Virus record (IMG/VR): IMGVR_UViG_3300027805_000001
DNA length: 64,000 nucleotides
Strand: one strand, 5' to 3'
From: an uncultured virus (IMG/VR IMGVR_UViG_3300027805_000001)
Taxonomy: Duplodnaviria; Heunggongvirae; Uroviricota; Caudoviricetes
Positions 38,581 through 46,835 of the stretch are shown here, in pieces. Position numbers and translations under genes: made by a program. Numbering within the stretch: the stretch's first letter is position 1; each line of letters begins with the position of its first letter. The notes beneath the pieces were generated by a model. The model had not been told where the DNA came from, did no database searches, and was given only the letters and a program-made list of their open reading frames with translations.

Positions 38581-38943
38581 TTAAAGCTTGACACCTTTAC
38601 CATCTCTGCTGGTAAGTAGCCAGTGGTCGTCCATCTTCTTGATTGTTAGCAGCCTATCGTCCTCTGGAATAATCTCAAACCAATCGTCTGGCGAATCAGT
38701 ATGAACGCGTACTTCAGTTTTTTCTGATGCCAGCTGGATGATCTGAACCTTCTTGATGTTCCATTCCTGGGCAGGAATGGAAACGTTGATTTTCTTACCA
38801 TCAGGTTGCTTGACGACCCTGTTAAGACCAGTCATCAGCACCTTCATTGGCTGCTTTGCCTTGTAGAGCTTTAACAACATGCTGCCAATAAGAGTTTCGC
38901 TCTTAAGTTCTTGTTCTGCTTCAAGTAGTTGGCTGACTTTCAT
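38581..38943 (-). CDS. putative capsid internal protein (MKVSQLLE leader)
   Basis: Shared leader motif; ATGA coupling. Confidence 0.65.
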   Translation of the reverse strand: MKVSQLLEAEQELKSETLIGSMLLKLYKAKQPMKVLMTGLNRVVKQPDGKKINVSIPAQEWNIKKVQIIQLASEKTEVRVHTDSPDDWFEIIPEDDRLLTIKKMDDHWLLTSRDGKGVKL

Positions 38944-39530
38944 CTCGGGTACTCCACATCCGCATCTGAGAGCAACTGCTGCACATCTAAAGCTGCTCTA
39001 ATTGAGCCAGATGGATTCGTCTTAAGGTACTCGTTGATGATCTTGTCTGCGTCTGGGCAAGGTGTACTTACTCCTTTCACTCCCTTGATCAGCAGGATGT
39101 ACAGCAGACCTTCTTTGATTGGGTTGCCGTGACAGTAAAATACACCATTTATCTCCTTGATGATCTTGTGGATGTTCTTCAGGGAGGTCAGCTGGTTGTT
39201 ACTGCAGAAGAAGCCGCCACCTACGTGGGATGGTGCTCCTTCAAGGGATGTTAGCTTGTTGTTATTGCAGTAGAAGTCACCGCCTACATGGGATGGTGCC
39301 CCTTCAAGGGATGTCAGCTTGTTGTGGTTGCAGTAGAAGCCACCACCTACATGGGATGGGGCACCTTCAAGGGATGTCAGCTGGTTGTTATTGCAGTAGA
39401 AGTCACCGCCTACATGGGATGGTGCCCCTTCAAGGGATGTCAGCTTGTTGTGGTTGCAGTAGAAGCCACCACCTGTGTACTCTATGTTTAGATCAGCAAC
39501 TGACTTCTGTGTTATCTCTAGTAGCTTCAT
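38940..39530 (-). CDS. Variable LRR-like repeat protein, copy B (5 modules)
   Basis: 5 x 21-aa GGxFxCxxNxLTSLEGAPSHV plus C-cap nearly identical to copy C. Confidence 0.92.
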   Translation of the reverse strand: MKLLEITQKSVADLNIEYTGGGFYCNHNKLTSLEGAPSHVGGDFYCNNNQLTSLEGAPSHVGGGFYCNHNKLTSLEGAPSHVGGDFYCNNNKLTSLEGAPSHVGGGFFCSNNQLTSLKNIHKIIKEINGVFYCHGNPIKEGLLYILLIKGVKGVSTPCPDADKIINEYLKTNPSGSIRAALDVQQLLSDADVEYPR

Positions 39531-39937
39531 CTTGGATTATGTCCCCAAACCTTAAGAGACAGAAGTTTTCTAGTCGGCTCACCATTCTCATCGTACAAAG
39601 GCCCAGCAGCTCCCTTCATGCGGCTGATGAAGCTCACTTGCTTGCCTGCCCAGCGCCACATCTCAGGTGTCCAATCCTTCACTGGGGTACTTTTCATTTT
39701 TATGATCCATTTTGCCGACTGGCGGCCTGTGCTGATACCAAGCTTTGAGGCTTCAGACTGCTTCATACCAGGATGCTTCTTAGGATCCTTCTTAGCAAGC
39801 TCAAGCTGTCTATCAAGCCAGTTATCCAGGCTCTTCGCTGACATATTGACAAGTGAGCGCCAGCGGGCATACAGCTCCTGACGGCGCTTCTTCTCACCTT
39901 CTGATACTTCTTCGGTTAGCAGCTCATTAACTTTCAT
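39527..39937 (-). CDS. DUF3140-like protein with MKVNELLTE leader
   Basis: LVNMSAKSLDNWL...GRQSA...SLKVWGHNP. Confidence 0.7.
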   Translation of the reverse strand: MKVNELLTEEVSEGEKKRRQELYARWRSLVNMSAKSLDNWLDRQLELAKKDPKKHPGMKQSEASKLGISTGRQSAKWIIKMKSTPVKDWTPEMWRWAGKQVSFISRMKGAAGPLYDENGEPTRKLLSLKVWGHNPR

Positions 39938-39939
39938 GA

Positions 39940-40395
39940 TTATCCCTTTATGTCTGTTATAACTTCATCCACGGAGTGAAAGTGTAGGATTGGCCCAGCT
40001 CTCATTCCGGTGGCCACCGGGAACCAAGCAGCAAGCCACTGTCCTTTTTCCTTTTCTTTAGGGCTGAAGTAGGTGTTTATGATAAATGCCGGCGTTGAGG
40101 TAGTAAGGTAAAGGTTTCCGTTAGTTGAAACTTTTAACTCAGTATTAAGACGAGCGGCCCTCATCTTCTTCATGGCCATTCTAAGCATAAACATCTCGTG
40201 CTCTTTATCTGCATTTTCAGCAAGATACAAAAGCTGCTCGCTGATCTTTTTACCTAACTTTGCGTCCAGAAGCTCGATGACATCTTTATGACTTGCCAGC
40301 CACTCATCAACCTTGACAGTATACCCCTTTTTCAATAACTTCTCAGGCATTGAAGCTAAAAGCGGTTGTTCCTCCAGAAGCTGCTTTACTTTCAT
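39940..40395 (-). CDS. putative capsid internal protein (MKVKQLLEE leader)
   Basis: Shared leader motif. Confidence 0.65.
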   Translation of the reverse strand: MKVKQLLEEQPLLASMPEKLLKKGYTVKVDEWLASHKDVIELLDAKLGKKISEQLLYLAENADKEHEMFMLRMAMKKMRAARLNTELKVSTNGNLYLTTSTPAFIINTYFSPKEKEKGQWLAAWFPVATGMRAGPILHFHSVDEVITDIKG

Positions 40396-40694
40396 TGGGC
40401 TTTCGCAATCTGCGCGGCGTAGAACTTGTGCTTCGACCTGTCAATCTTACCTGTCTTCTGGTCAATCTTTCCACCGTAGTTTTCTGCTTGCCGTTCAATC
40501 CGGCGATGCAGCTCCTTCATCGCCTTCATGATAGTTTCCTTGTCATATGGCTTTGATGGTGTTCCATCCAGCATATCAAAGCTGTCATCAGCTTCAGAGC
40601 TGCGATCTTCATCATGAGCTAAAGGCACCGATGGATGGGAGTTGCCGTTAGCAACTACGTGCTTAGACTTTCCCAAAAGTTCTGAGATTTTCAC
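40392..40694 (-). CDS. hypothetical protein (MKISELL leader)
   Basis: Shared leader motif; GTGA coupling. Confidence 0.6.
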   Translation of the reverse strand: MKISELLGKSKHVVANGNSHPSVPLAHDEDRSSEADDSFDMLDGTPSKPYDKETIMKAMKELHRRIERQAENYGGKIDQKTGKIDRSKHKFYAAQIAKAQ

Positions 40695-41137
40695 GAGAGG
40701 TTCTCCATCTTGTATCGTATCTTTGAGACCATCCCCTGAATTTCTTGATACTTGTTAACTAAGAAGCCATCCTGTGGTATGCGACTTTCTTGGGAAGATA
40801 AGAAGTCATCAAGCTGTTTGATAAATGCCAGCGGATCAGTTTCACTGAAGGAATTAGGCTCGCTTAGTTCTATGTGGGCTTCTGTTCCATATCTGCCCAT
40901 GTACATCTCCATTAGGTCGTCCATCATGTCTGACAGACCATCATAGAGCTCTCCAAGGGCCATATGGAGCGCAAACGACTTTACTTTCCAATGCCACATT
41001 CTTGCGACGTTTTGGGCCCGCATCAGCTGAGACATCAAATTAGCCATAACATCATCAGCTGAGCTTTGTGTCTCTTCGTATCCGTCCATTTCGTAGTCGC
41101 TCATGGTGTAACCATTCATGTTGTACCTACCATTCAT
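40691..41137 (-). CDS. ferritin/Dps-like protein
   Basis: HWKVKSFALHMALGELYDGLSDMMDDLMEMYMG resembles the Dps HW...H...E..D...E pattern. Confidence 0.7.
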   Translation of the reverse strand: MNGRYNMNGYTMSDYEMDGYEETQSSADDVMANLMSQLMRAQNVARMWHWKVKSFALHMALGELYDGLSDMMDDLMEMYMGRYGTEAHIELSEPNSFSETDPLAFIKQLDDFLSSQESRIPQDGFLVNKYQEIQGMVSKIRYKMENLS

Positions 41138-41185
41138 GTTGTTCTCCTTGTTATTGTTGTTATGAGAGGGAATACAGATTTCTAT

Positions 41186-41443
41186 TTACTGCTTCTTCTG
41201 TTCTCTTGCCTTAACCCACAGATCCTTATCTGCTTTTCTTGCTGGGCCACCAACCAGAAATGAGTTTACTCTGCCCATTGCCCACTGGTGCTGAGAAACA
41301 CCTGGCCGGTGTCCAGTTTTCCAAGCCGCCAGACCTCGATTATAGACGGCTCGAAGGGTTCTCATTGGGATACCAGTCTTTTCAGCTTTGTTCTTGAGAG
41401 CTGTATCTACGTTGCTTTCAAATAGAATTTCACTGACCTTCAC
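41186..41443 (-). CDS. DUF5824-like small basic protein with MKVSEILFE leader
   Basis: KTGIP...LRAVYNRGLAAWKTGHRPG...QWAMGRVNSF. Confidence 0.7.
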   Translation of the reverse strand: MKVSEILFESNVDTALKNKAEKTGIPMRTLRAVYNRGLAAWKTGHRPGVSQHQWAMGRVNSFLVGGPARKADKDLWVKAREQKKQ

Positions 41444-42597
41444 TTGCCATACCTCCGCTCAAACTCCTTGGTATACTCTGACTTAGGGAGTGACTTGCCT
41501 TTCTTTTTCAGACGTTCCTTATACTTCTTATCTGCAGTCCAGTCTTCAGGGTAGGCATCCTTGTCTTTATGGCTCATCTTGCTGAAGCGCTTGATCTCAC
41601 GCTTCATTTCAGCCTTCTCTTCGGGGTTGAGACCCTTGATGTAGCTGGGCTTCACCTTATCTTCATTAAGCAGTTCTGCTTGGTCTAAAACTCCTAGCAT
41701 GAATTGCTTCAAGAAACTAGGGGTAAGTGGATTTACCTTACCATCTGCTGCTACAAACTTTGAGCGCTCATCCCAGTTCAAGTAGTCGACCGAGTCACCG
41801 CCCGCCTGCACTAGGAAAGCCCTGCCTTGAGCTGGAAAGTTTCTAAGAACAACAACTACCTTGATGTCAGGTGTTTCTCCGGCGAGCGGTATTCTACCAA
41901 CGTCAAACTTGACTTTTATGGCGGTGTTGCTAATGAACTTGAGGTAATAACCACCTTTGCCAATCATGATGAACTTTGGGAGAGGCTGCTGCTTAAGCAG
42001 CTTTGGAATTGTTACTGCTTCATCCTCGTTGACGACAACAATCTTATCTAGTTCCGATATTTCCTCATGCATTTTTTCAAGAGGTTGCACATCCTTTGGA
42101 AGCTTTACGCCTTTTTTCCAGTTTAAAAACCAAGAAACTGCTTCTCTGCCAAATGAGCCATATTTTCTTCTGTCAAACGGTCCCTCATAATCAGGACTCA
42201 TCTGCTTGAAGAGCTCATAGTACTTGTCCCAAAGCAGACCTCCCCAGTCACTCTCCAAGAAATCATAAGCTTGCTCAAGATTAGCATCGGTGTTTCCGCC
42301 TTTCATAAGTCGGTTCTGTGTTGCAAGCTTTACTATCTTATGGATCATCGCTCGCTCAGCGGCATCATTTTTATACTGCCCCTGGTCACTTTCAAGCAGC
42401 TCGTTGAACTCAGCAAATGTGATGCTCTCCTTGAGCCCCATCATTCGCTTGAAGGTGTTGACGACCTTGCCCCAGTACCAGGAACCTTGTCTCTTGCCCT
42501 TCTTGACGGCGTGCTTAGCATCCTGCCACACCTTCTCAGCGTGTTCTACAGAGGTACCAGTCTTATGAGCAACATTTTGAACGAACTTAGTTGGCAT
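41440..42597 (-). CDS. multidomain putative internal head protein
   Basis: Basic N-terminal domain, internal LKESITFAEFNELLES and LLNE motifs, basic C-terminal domain. Confidence 0.65.
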   Translation of the reverse strand: MPTKFVQNVAHKTGTSVEHAEKVWQDAKHAVKKGKRQGSWYWGKVVNTFKRMMGLKESITFAEFNELLESDQGQYKNDAAERAMIHKIVKLATQNRLMKGGNTDANLEQAYDFLESDWGGLLWDKYYELFKQMSPDYEGPFDRRKYGSFGREAVSWFLNWKKGVKLPKDVQPLEKMHEEISELDKIVVVNEDEAVTIPKLLKQQPLPKFIMIGKGGYYLKFISNTAIKVKFDVGRIPLAGETPDIKVVVVLRNFPAQGRAFLVQAGGDSVDYLNWDERSKFVAADGKVNPLTPSFLKQFMLGVLDQAELLNEDKVKPSYIKGLNPEEKAEMKREIKRFSKMSHKDKDAYPEDWTADKKYKERLKKKGKSLPKSEYTKEFERRYGK

Positions 42598-43069
42598 GAT
42601 TAGATGTCTTTGAAGGTAGAACATTCATTTCTATTAGCCTGTTGATAACCCACCATCTTAGCTTCAGCGGGTTATACAGGTGCTCATTACTGACAAAAAG
42701 TTCCTTGCCCTCGCCCTTATAGTCAGGAAAAAACTGAGAGTTGGGTTCAAATCTCCAACCACATTGCATTGTCTTCGGGATATCGAACAGCAATGCATCG
42801 GCAATCGGCGTGTCGTTAAAAAACTGTCTAACTTGATAGTACGACCAGCCATTAACCGTTTCACCTAGAACCATGAAAAAGCTCTTGCTTAGAAAAATAC
42901 GATTTGGCAAATCCTCTTTAGAGTAAGTTTTCTTTTGCTCAGTGCCCTCACTCACAGAAGGTAATTCAGTAGTTTCTCCCGTTCCCCAACCCCAAACAAA
43001 GAACCAGGGATCTGGCTGCTTCTTAGGTTTCTTGGGTTTCCATTGCTTGAGCAGTTCGACAGCCTTCAT
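42587..43069 (-). CDS. hypothetical protein (MKAVELL leader)
   Basis: ORF in late cassette array. Confidence 0.6.
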   Translation of the reverse strand: MKAVELLKQWKPKKPKKQPDPWFFVWGWGTGETTELPSVSEGTEQKKTYSKEDLPNRIFLSKSFFMVLGETVNGWSYYQVRQFFNDTPIADALLFDIPKTMQCGWRFEPNSQFFPDYKGEGKELFVSNEHLYNPLKLRWWVINRLIEMNVLPSKTSNHAN

Positions 43070-43070
43070 G

Positions 43071-43349
43071 TCAATCCTTCTTGCGCGCCGCAAGCTTGCG
43101 CTTAACTGCTTCCCTAACACGTTCCATCTTTTTAGCGTAAGATGGATTTTTATTTCTATTGAACACTATCTGCTGATTAAGAGAACCAGTTATCTTCTGC
43201 ATGTTACCGCCACGAGTTCGAATAAGCCAGTCAGCTAGCGCGTTTATCCCAAGCTCTTTGAACTTACCATTTGCATCAGGCGCGTCACTGTCCTTCCAAG
43301 TTGGCGCCCCGGCTGGACGCTTTTCAAGTAATAGTTCACTTACCTTCAT
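43071..43349 (-). CDS. putative capsid internal protein (MKVSELLLE leader)
   Basis: Leader motif then basic domain SDAPDANGKF. Confidence 0.7.
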   Translation of the reverse strand: MKVSELLLEKRPAGAPTWKDSDAPDANGKFKELGINALADWLIRTRGGNMQKITGSLNQQIVFNRNKNPSYAKKMERVREAVKRKLAARKKD

Positions 43350-43599
43350 TCTTTTTCCCCTCATACTTTCCCACAAGCTTCATAACAAAGTGCCCAAAGC
43401 CCGTGACAGCGTGCAGGTTATGAGCAATTACTTTTCCAGGATTCGCATCAACCATGTGATTATGATGTCTTATTGCTTCTTCTTTTGTTGAATAGAATCT
43501 CTTGGACTGCCAGAAATCTGCGCGCTCAGAACCGTCCTTCTTCAAAGCGTGAAGCCAGATATTTGTTTCTTTTTTACTCCAAACTTCAAACAGACGCAA
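43336..43599 (-). CDS. hypothetical protein (MRLFE leader)
   Basis: TTG start with GGAG RBS; TAAATA at 43624. Confidence 0.6.
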   Translation of the reverse strand: MRLFEVWSKKETNIWLHALKKDGSERADFWQSKRFYSTKEEAIRHHNHMVDANPGKVIAHNLHAVTGFGHFVMKLVGKYEGKKNEGK

Positions 43600-43635
43600 T
43601 TTAATTTCTCCAGGTTATCAGTGTATTTACGCTAT

Positions 43636-44478
43636 TCATCTTGGATACTCCACGTCTGCGTCTGAGAGCAACTGCTGCACATCTAAAGCTGCTCTAATTG
43701 AGCCAGATGGATTCGTCTTAAGGTACTCGTTGATGATCTTGTCTGCGTCTGGGCAAGGTGTACTTACTCCTTTCACTCCCTTGATCAGCAGGATGTACAG
43801 CAGACCTTCTTTGATTGGGTTGCCGTAACAGTAAAATTTACCATTTATCTCCTTGATGATCTTGTGGATGTTCTTGAGGGAGGTCAGCTGGTTGTGGTTG
43901 CAGTAGAAGTGACCACCTACATGGGATGGTGCTCCTTCAAGGGAGGTCAGCTGGTTGTAGCTGCAGCTGAAGCTACCGCCTACATGGGATGGTGCTCCTT
44001 CAAGGGATGTCAACTGGTTGTCGCTGCAGAAGAAGCTACCACCTACATGGGATGGGGTACCTTCGAGGGATGTCAGCTTGTTGTCGTAGCAGGAAAAGTT
44101 ACCACCTACATGGGATGGTGCTCCTTCAAGGGATGTCAGCTGGTTGTCGTCGCAGTAGAAGTGACCGCCTACATGGGATGGGGCACCTTCAAGTGATGTC
44201 AGCTGGTTGCTGCTGCAGTCGAAGTCACCGCCTACATGGGATGGTGCACCTTTAAGAGATGTCAGCTGGTTGCTGTTGCAGAAGAAGTGAGCACCTACAT
44301 GGGATGGCGCTCCCTCAAGGGATGTCAGCTTGTTGTCGTAGCAGGCAAAGTCACCACCTACATGGGATGGTGCTCCTTTAAGGGATGTCAACTGGTTGTT
44401 GCTGCAGTCGAAGTCACCGCCTGTGTACTTTATCTTCAAGTCAGCAACTGATCTCTGTGTTATCTCTAGCAGCTTCAC
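43636..44478 (-). CDS. Variable LRR-like repeat protein, copy C (9 modules)
   Basis: 9 x 21-aa modules; MKLLEI leader; C-cap shared with copy B. Confidence 0.92.
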   Translation of the reverse strand: MKLLEITQRSVADLKIKYTGGDFDCSNNQLTSLKGAPSHVGGDFACYDNKLTSLEGAPSHVGAHFFCNSNQLTSLKGAPSHVGGDFDCSSNQLTSLEGAPSHVGGHFYCDDNQLTSLEGAPSHVGGNFSCYDNKLTSLEGTPSHVGGSFFCSDNQLTSLEGAPSHVGGSFSCSYNQLTSLEGAPSHVGGHFYCNHNQLTSLKNIHKIIKEINGKFYCYGNPIKEGLLYILLIKGVKGVSTPCPDADKIINEYLKTNPSGSIRAALDVQQLLSDADVEYPR

Positions 44479-44927
44479 TTGATTTCCTTGGTGTCAGCAT
44501 CGACCGAAATGATCTTCATGATGTCGTCAAGGCTTGCTACTACCGCGCCATTTTGATTTTTTGCGGCGTACGGAATGAACGTGTTGGCTTTCTTTCTGTC
44601 GGCCTTCACGCGCGCGCGCATGCCAGCAGCATTTAGGGCGATGTTTAGATAGTTTGCCGCAACCTCAGCATTTCTGGCTGCATATCTAGGTTCAACTATC
44701 TCCGCGTACTGCATCTGCTGTTGAAAAGTTTCGATGGCGCTGTTGTACACCGTGTCTATCTTGTTGTCTATATCGACATCTTCTTGATCTTTTTCTGGAG
44801 ATCCTGCAGGATCCTGCATAGCAGAAAGTTCACCTTCAGTTACCTGCTGATACTCTATCATCTCACCAGCTGGCTGCGCAGTTTCAAAAAGTTCATCAAG
44901 AGGATTAGTTAGCTTTTTAGTCATCAT
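44475..44927 (-). CDS. putative terminase small subunit (gp16-like)
   Basis: Helical, EPRYAARNAEVAANYL pattern; position between gp4 and terminase region. Confidence 0.55.
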   Translation of the reverse strand: MMTKKLTNPLDELFETAQPAGEMIEYQQVTEGELSAMQDPAGSPEKDQEDVDIDNKIDTVYNSAIETFQQQMQYAEIVEPRYAARNAEVAANYLNIALNAAGMRARVKADRKKANTFIPYAAKNQNGAVVASLDDIMKIISVDADTKEIK

Positions 44928-45382
44928 ACTGCCTTTCCTACTTCTGGTGTTCTTGTTTTCTTCATACCCGCGAACATCGTACGCTCTGTCACTACCCTAA
45001 ACTTAGCCCCTTGGCTCTCTGCCCATGCTGCAGCTGCCTTCCACTTTGCCTCGTTTACAATTAGCGCTTGCTTATCTCTATCCGACATTTTTGGTGTCGC
45101 CACGGTCTGTGAATACGGCTTAACCTCAACTATTTCCTTACGTATAGTTCCATCCTTATGCTGGTACATGATAATGATGTCTGGGAAATAGCGGTGCTGT
45201 CGCATGTCAAGTGGGCTGATGTAGGGAATGGCTATCTCCTCTGATCCCCACCTAAGAACAGCCGGTGTCTGATCCAGCCACTTAAAGAACTGCAGTTCCC
45301 AAGATGATCGCCACATTATGTTGTTTGGATTTCCAACGTACTTCTGTGGGTTCTTAGGAATAAATCGACCGTATGCCGCCAT
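44924..45382 (-). CDS. head completion nuclease (gp4-like)
   Basis: PKNPQKYVG...WRSSWE...WGSEE...YFPD...EVKP...NEAKWKAA. Confidence 0.9.
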   Translation of the reverse strand: MAAYGRFIPKNPQKYVGNPNNIMWRSSWELQFFKWLDQTPAVLRWGSEEIAIPYISPLDMRQHRYFPDIIIMYQHKDGTIRKEIVEVKPYSQTVATPKMSDRDKQALIVNEAKWKAAAAWAESQGAKFRVVTERTMFAGMKKTRTPEVGKAV

Positions 45383-46794
45383 TATTCGCCCTCATCTCCG
45401 CTTGGCAGAGTGCTGTTGTAGAATGGTTGAGAAACTACCCTAGAACGAAGAGTATCTGCACCTACGGTAGATTTATCAGAAAAGATAGAACGTGATATTC
45501 TGGCACCGGCTTGTGATGCCCCAGATGAAAGAGTGCTGATGAGGCCTGTAGTTTGATCGCGCACAGCTGAGCTCACTATGCCACCAACAGCACCAGTTAC
45601 ATTGCCTAGAGCGTCTGTCAGGCCACCAGAAAAAGCTCTTCCAATTCTGCTGTTAGCAAATCTGCCATCTCCCACGATTCCTTTTACGGCCTTGTCAACT
45701 AGGTCCTTTGTTACCTTAGTTGTAATCTGCCCAGCCGCATTGGCGATGATGTTGATGTATGGATTAGTTTTACCCTGTGTTGAACTAGCCTGTGCAGGTG
45801 GTATATCGGTGTTTGTCCCACGAAGAATATCAGCAGTTATACCAGATTGTCCTGTTCCATTTTCACCGGTTTTTGATGCCACAACAACTGGATACTCAGG
45901 GCCAAGACCATCAGCCTGGCTCTGAATCCCAGAGTTCTTAGTCATCTCTAACCAATCGTAGTCAAACTGCATCGTCAAAAGATTAGCGTCTGATACCTCA
46001 TGGTTTAGATCATCAAGGTCAAATGATATAAGTCTGGGGTTGACAAAGTCATAGTAGTTAGAGCTTATTGCTCTTTGCGCTTCTTCCCCTCTTAATGCTG
46101 GCTGAATAAAGATCTGCTTTACCCTAATGAGCGAAATGGCATTTCCAGAGTATGTGTCAACTACACCGCGCTGCGCTATGTCACCTGTTGAAAAGCTGCC
46201 TAAGTCCGAAAAGACCATTCCACTTCCTGTTTCAAACTTCCTACCATTGGGAAGTGCATTGTACTGATTGTCCCTCTTCACCGAATCCCTAACGATCGGA
46301 GAGTAGATCATCATCAGCGTTCTGAAGAAATCGAAAACATTATTGCCGACGTCATCCATGAACGTCACGGACAGTTCTCTGTGTCTGATTTTCTTCAGGA
46401 CCTTTGTTCTGAAGTTGTAGTGGTTGATGTCGTCCTCATACTCAAAGTCAACCTTGGGACGATCAATCATCTTTATCATGAAGGTGAAGTTGTTCCTTGC
46501 CAAATCTGGAAACACCTGTATGATCTCAGGTGTGAAGAAAAACTGCACCTTAAAGAGAAACTTAAGCTTAGGTCTAAATTCAGTTGCCCCAGCTAGGGCT
46601 GCAGCATAAGAGGTTGCGTCCCAGACATTTGATCGTGTTTGTAGCTCAGGTGGTAGTGCACTGCCCGTTCCTGGGCGGCGCAATCCAAGCTTTCCTCGGA
46701 CAAAATCTTCCACAGCATTGCCGAATGCCGCCGTTGCTTGTCGCTCCAGCTGCACACCGGCAGATTTAACTATATCACCTACATCTATTGGCAT
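45382..46794 (-). CDS. tail tube-like baseplate/tube initiator protein
   Basis: Tube fold features (DRPKVDF...YN...VTFMDD...LTMQFDYD) with low-complexity extension. Confidence 0.65.
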   Translation of the reverse strand: MPIDVGDIVKSAGVQLERQATAAFGNAVEDFVRGKLGLRRPGTGSALPPELQTRSNVWDATSYAAALAGATEFRPKLKFLFKVQFFFTPEIIQVFPDLARNNFTFMIKMIDRPKVDFEYEDDINHYNFRTKVLKKIRHRELSVTFMDDVGNNVFDFFRTLMMIYSPIVRDSVKRDNQYNALPNGRKFETGSGMVFSDLGSFSTGDIAQRGVVDTYSGNAISLIRVKQIFIQPALRGEEAQRAISSNYYDFVNPRLISFDLDDLNHEVSDANLLTMQFDYDWLEMTKNSGIQSQADGLGPEYPVVVASKTGENGTGQSGITADILRGTNTDIPPAQASSTQGKTNPYINIIANAAGQITTKVTKDLVDKAVKGIVGDGRFANSRIGRAFSGGLTDALGNVTGAVGGIVSSAVRDQTTGLISTLSSGASQAGARISRSIFSDKSTVGADTLRSRVVSQPFYNSTLPSGDEGE

Positions 46795-46835
46795 AGATAC
46801 TCCATTTAGTAGAAGTATTTATGCTAATGCTGTTA

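Noticed and set aside
43880..44420. 63-bp repeats as a CRISPR array
   Set aside because: No unique spacers; period is 21 codons with an open frame and mostly synonymous scaffold variation; no cas genes
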